Below, in pieces: positions 1-14,720 of a DNA stretch of 64,000 nucleotides (position 1 is its first letter; each line of letters begins with the position of its first letter). The notes under the pieces were generated by a model, which saw only the letters and a program-made list of their open reading frames with translations, made no database searches and was not told the DNA's origin. This DNA comes from Bigelowiella natans CCMP2755 (Eukaryota > Protista > Cercozoa): assembly GCA_000320545.1 (NCBI GenBank), contig ADNK01000267.1:554-64553 (forward strand), read 5' to 3'. The position numbers and the translations under genes are program-made.

Positions 1-686
1 TAGCAGCAGAACCATCATTATCATGTGCTACTATATTTAAACAAAGAATCAATGGATTCAAGCGGAAATAGAGGGTTATTCAGGACAGGACTTAGAAGGT
101 AGCGATGTTCTTTATAACAAACTATAATCAGTTGTTTCAACAACATGGTTGAGCTCAGTTCAAAGCCTGCTGCTGCTGGGATACGTAATTCATGAAATTG
201 TACTTGCAATCGATTTCTACTCATGCTACTCTTGTTCCTTGCCATATGATGATCATAATCATGATCACCATCCTAGGCATCCAGTACTATATGCTTGACA
301 TTACAATGTCGGCTCTCAAACACGACCCGTGCGTCAGAAGGGAGAATGTCAACGAAAATATACTCAGATCACTGGAAGTAATACAATAGATTTATGGTCT
401 AGATACTTAATACTCTGCTGATTGCAGCATGGGGGCGGAGAAATGCGGTTTCATTTATATCATTCAATATTGTGTGTTCGTGGAAAGAAAGTTTTAGAAC
501 ATTTATAAACACTCGAAAAGCTGGGAACACATTGCTTGAAGATTGTTGTTGCAGTCATTGTGTTGTTATTTGTCCATGATTCATTTACTAATTTTTACAT
601 AAAAGTATTGATCGGTTGCAATGTAATGATGTTCAGGATGGAATACCTGAGGGAGAGGAAGAATATAAAGGGGGTAAGTAAGTATT

Positions 687-718
<32 letters not shown>

Positions 719-1161
719 GGTAGCAGCAACGAAGAATTTCTAGATTTAGAGGGGGGGGAGGACGGGGAAGCTACCCACACCCGGAAACAATATGATGATG
801 ATGATGATGATGACGATGATGACGATGATGATGATGCTTTATATAAGCAGTACGTACTTCTTATGATACTACTGCGCTTGGTATTACCACCTTGTTTTCT
901 TTGGTATAATGACCCTTACCCCTCCGTTCTTCTCTCTCTTCTTTCTCCTACCTATATATTAGGAGCTGCAATGTGGATTAATCCTCACATGACGCCACCA
1001 AGAAGACGACAATTTAGACCGCAGGTGCTGCTTCTGGTGGTGGTGGCAGATTGTCTAATTTTTTTGTTCTTGTTGTTGTTTGCACTTCGTAACGATGATG
1101 TGAATTCATGCCGTTCTTCTTCCTCTTCTTCTTCTTCTTCTTTTTTGTTGTTGTTGTTGTT

Positions 1162-1205
<44 letters not shown>

Positions 1206-1878
1206 GCCTTTAAAGATCAAGAAGAATGTGGGCCATCCCGGAACGATGTTGTGGAGAGATGGGCCGAGGAGGAGAGGGATGGAGGAGGTGCTAATACTAG
1301 TTGTAGTTGCATTAGTAGTAGTAGTTGTGGTTGGATAGTTGTCCAATAAATAGTACAAAAGGAATTAGCACTTTAGCTAGCGAATCGTCAAAGGAGTACG
1401 GTAGCTGTTGTTGCACGTAGTCGCGACTTTGATTTATACTGTATTGCTGATATACCGTGCTTTTATTACCAGCCTTCCTTCACATACGTTGATGACACGG
1501 GAGCCCCTGGGGAATATATCAAAGTGTGTGGTCTTAATTGACGACAGGAGGGAAATTGAGAGATGAGGCAGTATTGAGTAGTAGTGGCAACATGGATACC
1601 TCTTACTGAGATACTATATATATATATATATATATATACATATGTGTGCGTGTGTGTGTGTGTGTTTATATTTCATGATCACAATTGTGATGGACTAATA
1701 TTCTCGAAATCAGGTTGAAGAGAATGAGGAATGAAGTTGTTCTTCCATTTGCCGTACACTGGTGCATGCACCATGGAAAAAGGAGTGGCATCAAAGAGAA
1801 GAACAGCGCCAAATGTTTTCGAAGTCCATGCAAGAGACGAAGAGAAACCCTAGCCATACACCTCTATGTGTTGGGTAA
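1..1878 (+). CDS. 3' part of a spliced gene of unknown function (5' end outside window)
   Basis: Short plus-strand segments flanked by AG/GT give open peptides (NQWIQAEIEGYSGQDLE; GIQYYMLDITMSALKHDPCVRRENVNENILRSLE; GAAMWINPHMTPPRRRQFRPQ; PLKIKKNVGHPGTMLWRDG) separated by microsatellite introns. No recognisable domain; stop position is tentative. Confidence 0.4.
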
Positions 1879-1899
1879 CACATACGTTCGGTGCCCGGC

Positions 1900-2960
1900 G
1901 TAGCGTGTAGTAGATGTGCAAATGACGCTAGAACAGCTGCACATGCACACTACCTATGCTACGCGTACAAAACAGGTTGCTGCACAAAACCATCTAGCCA
2001 TACCTATACTCGCTACATAATGTAAAACGTAATAAGGGTGTACTTTGCTTGTCATAGCATGGGCGCATAGTTATCGAGCGAACATGCTAGCATGACGATG
2101 TAATGATACGATGTCCGACGATGCGATGCGATGCGCTGCACCCCATGTATATGTGTACGAGTGTACTCATTGCATAGCTAAATTTAGAGATAGCTACATG
2201 AGGATGACCATTGAACAAATTTGTTGCTTGATCAATTACCGTAGTGAAAACATGATGGTGTACGTTGTCACGATTCATAGATTACATATCCGTCAGCTTG
2301 CTCCATCGTGCATGTACACCAGATCAGCACATGCTAGCATGCATGGTGATGCGCGACGACGCAATTATATTGACATGTGATGTCTAGATATGCATGAGAA
2401 GGAAACACGAACTGCGCTGCGCGAAATCTAGAAATAAATGCGAGACATTCCAGACCGAAACAACGTGCATTTGCATGCATGATGATTGCATGAAATAACA
2501 CACATCGATCACAGCGGATCGAAACCAACAAATTCAACATTAGCGCTGTGCTATACTAGTATGGCCGCTGCATTTCATGGCTACACAAGCTAGCAAGGAT
2601 GTGACCATCATGCATTTCTCTTTGAACAACAAACTAACTATAGACACAGTATATATAATATGTCTATTGTACTAACTATACCAGCTTTCTATATATATCC
2701 AACAACAACAATAAGATACGACATACGTAGCACACATGCACAATATTGCACTACTAGCTAGCTAGTAGTTGCAATCTAGCAAATGGCACATTGTGCACAA
2801 CCAATCGATGACCAATCGTCTGCTGGGCATGCATCATCATTGGTGCGGCCTATTACATCATTGCATGCGCGCAAGCGTTGCTCTTATCCAGAGCTGTTTC
2901 GTATCGTGGCTGCAATGTTCTAGCTGAGCTAGGTACATGTAGTTCTAGATTCATCAAATA
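1900..2960. repeat. Intergenic CATG/TGCA/GCTAGC-rich degenerate repeat block (copy 1)
   Basis: 2191-2222 (agctacatgaggatgaccattgaacaaattt) matches 57287-57316. 2393-2480 (atgagaa..gaactgcgctgcgcg..ccagacc..tgcattt.catgc) resembles 57108-57203. Confidence 0.6.
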
Positions 2961-3148
2961 TGAAGGTTGATATCCCGAAATAGATTGTTAATTTCAAATA
3001 AATTGTTCAAGAGGTGCGTCGGTGAATTTAAATTCTCAATGCATTATTTATTTCAGCATCTTTTTGTCGGCTACCGCCTTTCACAATGAGTTCCAGAGAT
3101 GCCATGTGGAAATGCTTAGCATTCTGAATTGATGTGCAATATAATGTT

Positions 3149-5381
3149 TTAATTATTTGCTGTGGAATAATTCTTATCTGTGTAAGAGAATTCCTCATCG
3201 GTGTCTTCGGCAATTCCCTGAGCTGCCTTGTAGGCTCTAATTCGATCCTCCATTTGTGGTCTGAAGTGCCTAATTAATCCTTGTACAGGCCATGCTGCAG
3301 CATCTCCAAGTGCACAGATTGTGTGTCCTTCGATCTCATGTGTCAATTCTTCAAGCATATCGATTTCCTCAACCTCCGCTTCGCCAGTTTCCATCCTCTT
3401 CATCATTTTGTAAAGCCATGTAGTGCCTTCCCTGCATGGAGTGCATTGGCCACAAGACTCGTGCTTGTAGAAGTACCTTAAAAAGGACACACACATATCC
3501 ACACAATTTCAATCCTGTTTTCGCACATGAGTATCCTGTAATTGTATGTGTGTTGAAATTAAATTAGTAATGAGTGTTATTATATTTCTTACGATAGTCG
3601 GGAGATTGCCCTGATCATGTCGATACTGTTGTCCATGACAGTTACTGCTGCAGTGCCCAGACCAGATTGAACTCTCTTTAGGTCATCGAAGTCCATGAGC
3701 ACTTCCTCACAGACGTCCTTCGGGATAACCGGAACAGAGGAACCCCCAGGAATAATTCCCTAAGTAGCAGTAGTAGTGGTAGGAGCAGTATGAAGGGACA
3801 GTAGTGGTAGCAGTAGTATTAAGGGATTTGGCAACTCTAAGGAAGCGCCATTTTTTAGCCCTATTACCTGCAAGTTGTCCCATCCTCCAATGACCCCCCC
3901 ACAGTGCTTGTCGATAAGGTCTCTTAATGGAATACTCATCTCTTCTTCAACAGTAATAGGATTGTTCACATTTCCAGAGATAGCAAAAAGCTTTGTTCCT
4001 GAGTTTCCCTTACGACCAAGTCCTGCAAACCTGCGGGTAGAAGGTGCGTGAGGAAAATACGTCCACGAAAAAGAACTCAATTTACACAAGTCACTGTACT
4101 CCCTCGTAGAATGTTATATATGTAACTATCTTCAGACTTGTTCGTTAATTGAAGTCGTAGAACTAATTTTAAAGGTGGAGTACACAGCATCGCGAAAATT
4201 TTTTAACTCATTTCGAATACCAATCAGCTCCACGTCGTAAAATGGTGGGGGCCACGGCAACAGTCTCGACATTGGTAACGGTTGTAGGACAGCCATACAG
4301 TCCAACATTTGCTGGGAATGGCGGCTTCAATCGTGGTTTGCCAGTGTTGCCTTCAAGTGATTCAATGAGCCCAGTCTCTTCTCCACAGATGTAGGCCCCG
4401 GCACCACGAGCCACATAAATGTCGAATGGAATGCCCGAACCTGCAGCATTCTTTCCAAGAAGTCCTTGCTCATAAGCTTCAGCAACTGCTTTCTCCAAAG
4501 CCAATGCCTCACGCCAAAATTCGCCGCGAATGTAGATATAAGCAGTGTGAGCTCCCATTGCAGTCCCCGCAATGACACAACCCTTAGTGTAGAGAAAAAT
4601 TACATTCAATAACATCATTTTAGTATACTATCATATCACAATAAATTGCTATAAGGTTTTGATAAGTACATTTGAGTGTCAAATGCAATGCAGTGTTACT
4701 AGACTCCAAATAGTTTTCTCTGGACTAGCTTTTGACCTCGAGGAGTTTTTGAGGCTCGTGACGCATAATTTCACGGTCTTTACAAGTTCCAGGCTCCGAC
4801 TCATCGGCATTGATTACTAGGTAGTGCGGACGACCATCTGAAGACTGTGAATATCATAACAGAAAATCATTCGCTTTATCCCGTGGCAACTGAACATTGC
4901 AAACCTTTGGCATGAAAGACCACTTTAGTCCGGATGGAAACCCTGCTCCGCCACGTCCCCGTAGTCCTGACTTCTTTACTTGATCAATGATCCACTCACG
5001 GCCAAGATGAAGAAGATCCTTGGTTCTATGCCAGTCACCCTAAGCAAAGAAAAAGTGAAAATTAGAAAAAAGGGTAGATAAAGTAAAAAATATTAACTCA
5101 CCCTTTTCATTGCAGCTTTAACGCCTGTATCATATTCACCGTATATGTTGGTGAAGATACGATCTGAATCGCTCAAGCCCCCATGCACACGAACATGTGT
5201 TTCAACAGAGGTACTGAACTTGCTTTCACCTACGTTGTAATCGAAGTTTTCAGTGAATCATACAGAACGATAAACTGAAACAGTTTGAACCATGAGTAGG
5301 TAAAGTTGCAAAGACTCTTGGAGCCCTCGAAAGAAGTGGAGCGACGAATCGCAGTGATTTTGCACACTTCACTTGAAGCAT
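3149..5381 (-). CDS. NDUFV1: NADH:ubiquinone oxidoreductase 51 kDa flavoprotein subunit, mitochondrial (spliced, about 8 exons)
   Basis: Presequence [24 protein letters not shown], then [71 protein letters not shown] and Fe-S ligands [13 protein letters not shown]...GHTICALG. Introns are GT-AG. Confidence 0.97.
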
Positions 5382-6328
5382 AGTGTTTGGGTTTTGGATG
5401 GGGAGTTCTTTAGGGCCATACAGATTTTTCAGACAACAGTAGAACGCCTAAATGCATCGAAATATCTAATATTTTCATATGCGACATATTTTAAAAGTTG
5501 TCGTATATATTTTATCACAATCCCTTGGGGAGTTAGTCATTTGTCGCTGTGGTTTTAGCTACGCTAAAAAATAATGCGGGGTGGTAGAACAACAAGTTTA
5601 CATGCCAAATTAGGTATGCGACAATTTTTTAATTTTAAATTTGGTGAATCTTCAAAAAACCAGGCATATTTCCTGCATTCCAAACGGATTTCCAGTGATT
5701 TATTTTTCAATCGCTTCCGGACAACACCAGCCATTCGAGACCGCTTTTTTAACTTTTAGTTCTGAGGCCAGAAATTGGTTTTCGTGACGCCCCGCATGGA
5801 TAGTGGGGCAATTTCCTGGTTTCATCTTCAGTTCTTTATGAGGAGCCAACTAGTTTGGTTGGTTAGTTTTAGTTAGTTATTCTTTTCGCATCCTTGACTT
5901 CCCAACTATGATTTTTTCACCGAAGTTAGTTAGTTAGTTAGTTATTCTAGTCGCATCCTCAATTAGCGAAGGACATGCACAAAATCTGTGCGGTGATCAC
6001 AACAGTGCTTACAACAATGTCTACTACAACAACAATGCTTACAACAACAACAACAACAACAACACATATCCATCCATCGGTAGTTACCAGTAGTAGGGAG
6101 TTACCAGTGGTAGTTACTACATGTACTACAAGTACAAGTAGGAATGGTGCAGGGAGTAGCTTGGTTGTAGTACGTACACACACACAACAAGACCGCCTCT
6201 ACATACCTCAATCCAAACGAAAACTCTTGTGGGACACGTTGCCCCTCACTCCTAAGCCGTTCATGCTTGGCACGAGTAGATCGCATTACGAATCGATTTA
6301 ATTCGAAGCGTTGAAGGAGCATTGCAGG

Positions 6329-8187
6329 ATGCATGAGGAAGGGTTTCTAGGATGGGCGTGGATCGCTCTACTTGTTGTCGGGGTGAGCATGCCCAAGATC
6401 GCTCTTTCGTCGTCAATGGCTGGCATCTCAGACAATGGAGATGCAAATTTTTCGATTTCGTCGCGAACTCCACAACAGTGGCAGCAGCTGAAATTTGATC
6501 CACGATTAGAATCCGAGGATTTTGAGTATGTAGATGTTCATATAAAGAATGTCCACGACAAAGAGCCTGTGCACCTAGAGAACCTCGAAAATTATCCGAG
6601 GAATTTACACATAACGCTAGGAGTCCACGGTAAATGTTCAGATTCCCGAGATGTGACAAATAATAACAATGGTGGTCATCATTATTCGTCATTAAACCCA
6701 CCCATATTTCTTTCAACCATTCGAGTGATGAGAGAACCAATGACCAATTATCATGTATTTTAGGAGTTGATCATACCATTGACGCCGAGGCAAACAATGA
6801 GATGTTCAAAAGTACTTACAAAGAGTACGTTATGGATACGAATGGGTACCACTTGATGTATATGTATCGGCATATGGTATTACTACTTGCGCTCTAGATT
6901 GATGCTGTGATATGTGTGTGCCTTCATTAACTTCTCTTCTATGTCGACTCACAGCAAAATCCGACCAAAATCTGATGGCAATCGTAAGCCTCCGGAATGT
7001 TTCTATCGTGGTTTTATCAAAGGACGTTATGCAAGCAATACTTCGGTTGCTCATCTTAGCATTTGTAATGGAGGAGTAACAGGCATCCTTGTCAATATTG
7101 CACCACTTCCGTCATTGACAATAATCAATGGTACTTTTGATAAAATTCCTCCGAGTGCAAACAGCTCGCACTATGAGTTGCATTATCTCAAGCATGAGGC
7201 CAAGCACATCCTCTACAACTTCGAGCATTTTCGCCCCAAGAAACCAATGAGATGTGGCTTTACTGGGAAAAATAACAAACACCATGATCACGATCATCAT
7301 CATTCTCATGCACACTTTCAAAGTGACGAGGAGGAGGAGGAGGAGGAGGAGGAGGAGGAGCACAGGAACAATGATCAATATGCCTCAATCAAAGGGAAGG
7401 ATGATGATCATATTAACCCAAAATACGATATGGTTTCCGGAGCACCACGACATCAAAACAACACTAGCACTACTACCAAACCTGGCCTACTCTCCGCAAA
7501 TGAGTGTGAAAACTCTCCAAATAAATATGTAGATGTACTTATCATTAATGATTACACACGATATGGATTAAGAGGTATTGACACTGAGGCGCACAGCGCA
7601 TTGGTGTTTAGTTACGTATACTTTTACTACTTTGGAGGCACCACCAATGGAGGTACATCGTTTCCTGGAATATACTCTAATTCTGAATTCAAGTGTAAAA
7701 TCAAGCTACGACTTGTCGGGCAGATGACATGGTCTCATGGTACTCCGTATCCTGTAAGTTATTACCAAGGTCCTTTCTGTGGTTATTTCTGTGGTAGAAC
7801 TGACAGCTGTGCGACACAAGAGTATTCTTCCTCGTGCCTTATATCGACGTACGCTCAATATCTTGACTTCTACAAGCCACAGCTTCAAAGTAGTAGTAGT
7901 AGTAGTACACTGTGTGTGTGTGTGTGTGTGTGTATGTTATTCAACGACATGGTACTACATAGCGGCTTGCACATTATTATGACAACACTGAAGAAGTAGG
8001 TCCGGAATGATGATTTGTTGTTATCTATTGTCGTGTGTGTTGTTGGTATGTTTCGATAGATATTTTCGGTTCTATCGATAATGCGCCGATGTTATCCGGT
8101 GTGGATTTTGATGGTGGAACTATTGGACTAGCATATGTGGGGACAATGTGCAATGGGGGACTGTCTGTTAGCATTAATCAACTCACC

Positions 8188-8234
<47 letters not shown>

Positions 8235-8981
8235 TATAATATTTATATGAACACGTATATGTGTATATGTATTATATTGGATATCAGAAGAAGGAATCTT
8301 TATTTCGCAAAAGAAGAAGGAATAGCCTCAGCAACTGCCATTTAAAGAACGTTTTTTAGCAGAGTACGATGTCGAATAAATATTGCTATAATCATAATCA
8401 TAATCATGATAATCCTGTCCGTATTGAAGGATCTTCTGCTGCATTCGATGCTTCAATACTCGCTCACGAAATTGGACATAACTTTGGAATGGGTCATGAT
8501 AGAGTAGGGGGCAACGTCATGGCACCGTAACTCCCCCCCCCCCTTTTTTTGCTTTTCCTACTACTCCTCCTATTACTTCTCTCTGGAGTATTTCATTAAG
8601 ATAAAGCGTTTCAAGTAATGATGACGATGATGTATTAAAGCAAGGAGTACATGATCCCATTTTGTTTTCACAACAAGTATCTTTTTGTCATCATCATTAT
8701 CACCGTCCTGCGTGTTTTCTTCATCATCGGAATATTCCTTGCTATACAGAATAGATTGCTGCAATATAACAATAGCAATGTAAAAATGTTTTTTCTTAAT
8801 AGTAAAAAAGCGACAAGTATTGTCGTTCGTCATCTGTTGCATATAATACTATTTTTCCTATATTGCCTCTTTGGTCAGATATGCGTCGTATTCCATAGCG
8901 ACTTCTTTCTCATCCGAAAGCAAGATGTCAGTAGTAGTAATAGTAGTAGGTGAAGTAGTAGTAGAGTAGTAGCGGGACATA

Positions 8982-9014
<33 letters not shown>

Positions 9015-9511
9015 ACCAGGTCCCTCCCTTTTGTTTGTTTTTCTTGTTAATTCAACCTGCTGCTGCTGCTGCTGGTGGTGGTGGTGGTGGTGACAGGTAT
9101 ATCAGAAACTTTTTCAACAATGTGTACGGTGGTACGGACTCCCGTGGTACTCCAATCCCAAAATGCTTGGAGAACGATTCTGGACTTGATGGCTACAATA
9201 GGACATTGTGTGGAAATACCAGGTAGGTAGGTAGGTAGGTAGGTAGGTAGAGGCAACCATGAGATATCATAGGAAAGTAGGCAGATAGAGGCAACCATAA
9301 TAAATCGTAGGAAAAAAAGAGAAAGAAGATCATATTATATACCATCCATATCAAGAAGAAGAAGAAGAAGAAGAAGAAGAAGAAGAAGGGAAAAGAAGGG
9401 TTCTCTTCTTCTTCTTCCTTCTTCTTCGTCCTCCTCCTCCTCAATGTTGATGGATATCTAGGCCTTCTACAAATAGGAGTTTATCATACTCCACATAAAA
9501 TTCTCCTTCTT

Positions 9512-9542
<31 letters not shown>

Positions 9543-10735
9543 TCATTAATATTGAATCTGCTGCTGTTTAGGCTTGATCCTGGAGAGCAATGTGACCCTG
9601 GATTTGATGCTCTTTATTTTGACAAATGCTGTCAGTGGAACTGCAGACTAGCTCCTGGTAGTAGTAGTAGTAGTAGTAGTAGTTATAGTTTTGTCACTCA
9701 AAATATACTACTCTTCTTTTAACGTGTTGAAGTAGAATGCTCTTTTTGTCGCATCATTACCTATGACATTTGTTTACAGTCTTCCTCTGAATCAAATGTG
9801 TCATCACCACTTTTGCCAATCCCCCCTACCACTTTGTGTTGAAAAGCTTTTAGCAACGTGATGATTGGGTATAATCTCATCTTATCATTATCATTAGGTT
9901 GTGTTTGCAGCGATTTTGATGAATGTTGCGCTGGTGGTTCGTTCCGCCCATCCACACACATTTGTCGTATGTCAAAAGATGGCCAGTGTGACATCCCGGA
10001 AACATGCACAGGTGCTTGTAAACAGCAGCAGCAGCAGTAATAGTAGTAATAGTCACTGAAGAAGAAAAAGAAGACACGAGAGGCAATGTTATTGTGTTTA
10101 CTTATTAATAATGAAATCAAACAAGCGGACGACGAGATGAGAGATGTAGAGAATCGTTAAAATATCGTTCGTGTGGAGAAAGATTCGTAGAGAATGGATG
10201 GTAAATAACACAATGAGGAGGGGCCAAGCTGTTTCCACAATTCTCCCAAAAGTATTTTGCCGCCAGGCACAGGCAGCATCTAATTCAATTAAAAAACCGC
10301 ATCCTAACTAACAAGTACTTCATTATCAGGTCACAGTGGATTCTGCCCTCCTGATTACCACCACGTACCTGGGACAGAGTGTGTAGCGAACATCTCATCA
10401 GCGGGGGGGGGGTTGATGGGTAAAGAGCCTGGAGTATGCTATCAAGGCGCGTGCATCGGAAAGTCTTCTAGTTGTGAATCAAATGTTGATCGGTGATGAT
10501 TTACAGCATACAATTACCCAAAACATCTAAAATATAAGTAGTACAAAAAATGGATGATCTCATGAACAAGTAGTAGATCAAGCAGCGGTATATGAGCATT
10601 TTACTATTTCTACGCTCTGTGGCTAATTTCATTTGCTTTGCTTACTCCACTTAAATGATGGTACTACCGAGGAGGAAAGTAAAAAATTGAAAAAATCCCT
10701 ATTTTTTTTTTTTTCCTACCCCCCCCCCCCCCCCC

Positions 10736-10776
<41 letters not shown>

Positions 10777-13487
10777 CCTCAACAAGATTTCAGTTTGACA
10801 ATGGACTATCAGAAGAGGCGATTTGTACGAGTGTGCAATGTAGAAGCTGTCAGAACTGCCAATCCGGTCATGAATATAGTGATAGCTTCTAATTGGCACA
10901 TGACAAGTTAATCCTCGAAAATATCTTACACAATCGGACTCTGATTTGGTATTCCCAGCTAATGAAGAGTGATGCTGTTTTTTCAGGCTTTTCATCATCG
11001 TTGCATCCTGCTGCAATGACAGGCACCAAATGTGGAGACGGAAAATTATGTAAAGCAGCATCTGATAGCAACGGTTAGTTGGCTGAGTGTGTGTGTTATT
11101 GACGATGATTTCGTGTAATTTGAATGGAAATTTGAATTCAGAGAAAGTGAATTTCTTTATTACATGTTAAATCTTATATTTCCTTCCAATTGCTATGCTT
11201 TCCAATACACATAATTCATCATACAAAATGTAATAATATCTCAGGATCTGGAGGTCTTTGCGTGGACAAATACGAGCTATTTACCTTCAAATATGAAATC
11301 ATCGACTGCAAGCCGGTTGTTTACGTGTTTAGTTTCACACTAAATAATCCATGCTCACGATTAAGAGTTGTATGATGATGATAATGATGATGATGGTGGT
11401 GGTGATGTGTTAGGTATGCACAATGGAAAACGGGACAATTGTCCCTTCACGTCATTGCCCTGAAGCTCCACCATCAACAGCACTACTATCTTGCACACCA
11501 TCATCATCAACAACAACATTATCTCCTACTACCAATTCTCCTGGACCACCTGCTACTCCTTCATCTACTCCTCTAACCTCGAGTCCTCGTAATAAATACT
11601 ACCACTACCAATAAACTAAGAATAACTAAATCCAATAAAAATACAACTGGAGAAATAGTCAGTAATCTGTGCTGTATCAAATCTATACGTTATTGAATGA
11701 TATCTTTGTTGTTGTGTTTTGTATAATGTCTATCATCGTCATGATTATCATCATCATCATCAGTGACTAAGGTACCGAGTAGTTCCACCCCAAGCACGAA
11801 TTGTCCAGTAACTTCTTGTCCAAGCACAACCATTCCAACCACTTACACTCCATCAACCTCTCCTCCGTTTTCTTCCTCTCCATTGACGTCGCAGCCTTCA
11901 GTTTTTGATGCTACTTCTTCTACTAGTGCTCCTGTCCTCTCCTCTTTGACACTTACTCCATCATCCCCCTCCTCCTCCTCACCTCATCGATACTCATCAC
12001 CTAGTCTTTGTCCTACTACCATGGCTCCTTCTTCTCTATCATCATCATCTTCTTCTACCTCACCTTCTACGTCGCCTTACAACCATCATCATCAAGATGG
12101 TAGAGATACAACAAGTGCGCCATTATCATCCTCATCACCATCAACACTCCTTTCACCTTCTACATCCCCAACACCGCTGCCATTAATATCATCGCCGACG
12201 GCTGTTCCAATCGTTTCGAGTTCCTCATTATCACCTACTAGTTTTCCTCTCACATCTCCCTCCCCCCCCTCCTTGGAACCATCATCTTTAACACCCACAA
12301 CATACAACAACGGTGGTGGTGGTGGTGGTAGCGGTGGTGGGAGTGCTGCTAATCCTTCCTACCGTGTAGACGGCACCTTATAGATCTCATTGGAACAAGT
12401 ATCCCTCGTGATTCAAGTATACATTAAAAACAAAATAGCTGCAAGGTTGGTAAGATAGATCAAGACCAAAAAGAACTTCCTGAAGATACAAAAAAAGTTT
12501 GTTAGATTGTGGTAGCTACTGGTGGTTGTTATCAGGCGCTTGTTCAATTATGTGACTACTTTCAGTTATGTCGTGTGTGAATACTCACTATTTCTTCCTC
12601 GCTACCTAACATCTCTTGTCAGGTATTGCATTTCTCTTTCAAGTTTCAACCTAAGCTTTAGACCAGGTCCTTTAATGAATTGATTGTTGTACTCGTAATT
12701 GGAAATGTAGTATTCACTCTTCCAGAAGTTTGAAAATAAGTGGTACAAATAACACAGTTAGTTTATAATTACTACTACCGCTAGAACACAGACAGACACT
12801 TTCATACTGAAGGAAATGAATCATCGGTTTTGATTCTTTTTCTTCAGGAAGCACCATCATGACAGTGGAATTTAATACAACGGACAATGCCGTCGGAGCA
12901 CTTACCCCAACTCCTATAGTCTCATCATCACCATCATCATCACTGAATCAAGCATTGGCATCAAATCTGTCTTCGACTAGTATTCAGGATTTATCTCTAC
13001 TATTCAATGTTACAGTTCTTCAAGTCAGCCCTCCAGTCGTTGTGGTATTACTACGCTTTGTGTATGAACAACCATGGAAGATGTAAATTCTATCTTCAAA
13101 ACTGTGAAATGATGATAATAACAAAATATGATCTATGGAGATGACATGACGTGATTCCCTCTCTTCCCTTTTTCTAGCCGTTATCTGGGTCCGAGCAGGG
13201 GGACTCCACAAAGAATGATGAGAAAGACTCTGCAATGTGGTTTCTGTCGCCCCTTTTCGTCACTGCTGCCATTGTCACTGTCCTGTTACTTTTAGTGGTA
13301 ATTGCAGCTGTTAAATGCTTACTAATAACAAGGAGACGTAGACGACTAGCCACTATCAAACCTATCTCGAGTACCATCACACATAGTGGCACCATGATGA
13401 CGACGAGGAGGAGGAGGGGGAGACCCAACGAACCTGAAACGCAATTAGTGTCAATACCGCACCATATGAACGACGCACGGGATATGG

Positions 13488-13521
<34 letters not shown>

Positions 13522-13759
13522 ATTTAATGCACACCAAAGCAACATAGTTTCATCTGATGTTGCCATGGATTTAGAGGCATCATCACTCAATCCACCAAGT
13601 GATTGGTACATTGGCAGCAGCCATAAGAAATCTACAGCAATAGCAACGACGACTTCTACTACTACTGTAGCACAAACGAATCATAACAGAAGGCAAAGTG
13701 GGATAATGTGGTCTCTTGGAGGAGAAGAAGAAGAACATAACTCTCTTTTCTCTAGATAG
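6329..13759 (+). CDS. ADAM-family (M12B reprolysin) membrane metalloprotease with disintegrin, Cys-rich, mucin-like stalk and TM segment
   Basis: Hydrophobic N-terminus; prodomain with CFYRG..AHLSICNGGVTG and cysteine-switch-like PMRCG; DFDGGTIGLAYVGTMC; zinc motif LAHEIGHNFGMGHD (about 8459-8510) and Met-turn NVMAP; disintegrin CGNTRLDPGEQCDPG..CC..NCRL, ICRMSKDGQCDIPETCTGHSGFCPPD; GTKCGDGKLC; S/T/P-rich exon 11764-12370; TM WFLSPLFVTAAIVTVLLLLVVIAAV followed by RRRRR. Confidence 0.88.
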
Positions 13760-14279
13760 TATTGTCGAGCAGGGGCACAGTGACTACTATTCCCACAAGC
13801 AGCTTCGAATATCAGAGGGTGGTCGTCCAACTAATCCTTGATATGATCACCACGACCATCGTAGAAAAGCCAACCAAAATGTAAACACGAGAAAGAATCT
13901 TAGATTCAAAGATTGCAAGAGTGGAGGTCCAAAGCCAACTGTTATGAGTAGCAAACACGATGCCAAGCAGCAAGACGAACGGAGCATTCTCCCTGGAAGA
14001 TTCAGCTAGCGGAGCTAGGGAGGGCTGGGTATAAATAAGGAACATGTCTGTGAATGCCAACACTGAGAATAGTAGTGGCGATTAAAAGAAAAAAGAATGA
14101 TGGAATAGTAGTGGTGACTAAATGAAAAAAGTTGGGTCACTGTGAGGTTTCTGCATGCATTACCGTTAATCTGAATACGTACCAGTACGTTAATTTGGTT
14201 ATATCGAGATTTACTCAATGCTCGTACGTCGTTTGATTTGAAACGAAGAAGGTTAGCTGCTACGAACATTGCGACACTT

Positions 14280-14720
14280 CTATGCACATGCTGTGACCTC
14301 TCTAGCAGATCTACCTAACACTGAAATCTATAATAGCTAGATAGCTAAATAGATCTGCGCTCGAGCTATAGCTATATATACGTACAGCAGACTAATACTG
14401 CAGCGCACACGCTTGCGTAGCAACACAATAATGTGTGTGTCTCGTTAAATGTGGCAGTCTCGCGTAGTGTAGACAGACTTATAGACTACACAGAACTAGG
14501 TGGAATTTCTAGTTAAACTTGCTCGCTTAAGCGCTGCTACATGATAGCGCATGGTATTTCTTGCTCCGTGCACGCGGTCGTCAGTAATGCTTGCTGCTGC
14601 TATAAGTGTCAAACAGTAGCGACGCTGCTTACGGCGTTCCGGCTCTGACGATTAGCATACATGCAACTAGCGAGCTAGTAGCATCGAAGTTAGCGCCGCG
14701 AATTGCAATTTAGGGAGCTA
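14280..14720. repeat. Intergenic GCTAGC/CATG/TGCA-rich block (copy 2, short)
   Basis: Same compositional signature as the other convergent spacers and no microsatellites. No clear shared motif could be aligned by eye. Confidence 0.35.

Noticed and set aside
536-1338. ORF-track proteins with poly-D/R/S/L runs (and the many similar ORFs throughout the window)
   Set aside because: They are read-throughs of intronic tri- and dinucleotide microsatellites, not independent genes.
5975-6301. 108-aa Thr-rich ORF upstream of the ADAM gene
   Set aside because: Low-complexity (ACA)n-derived sequence. A better start with a hydrophobic leader exists at 6329, so this is likely UTR/promoter.
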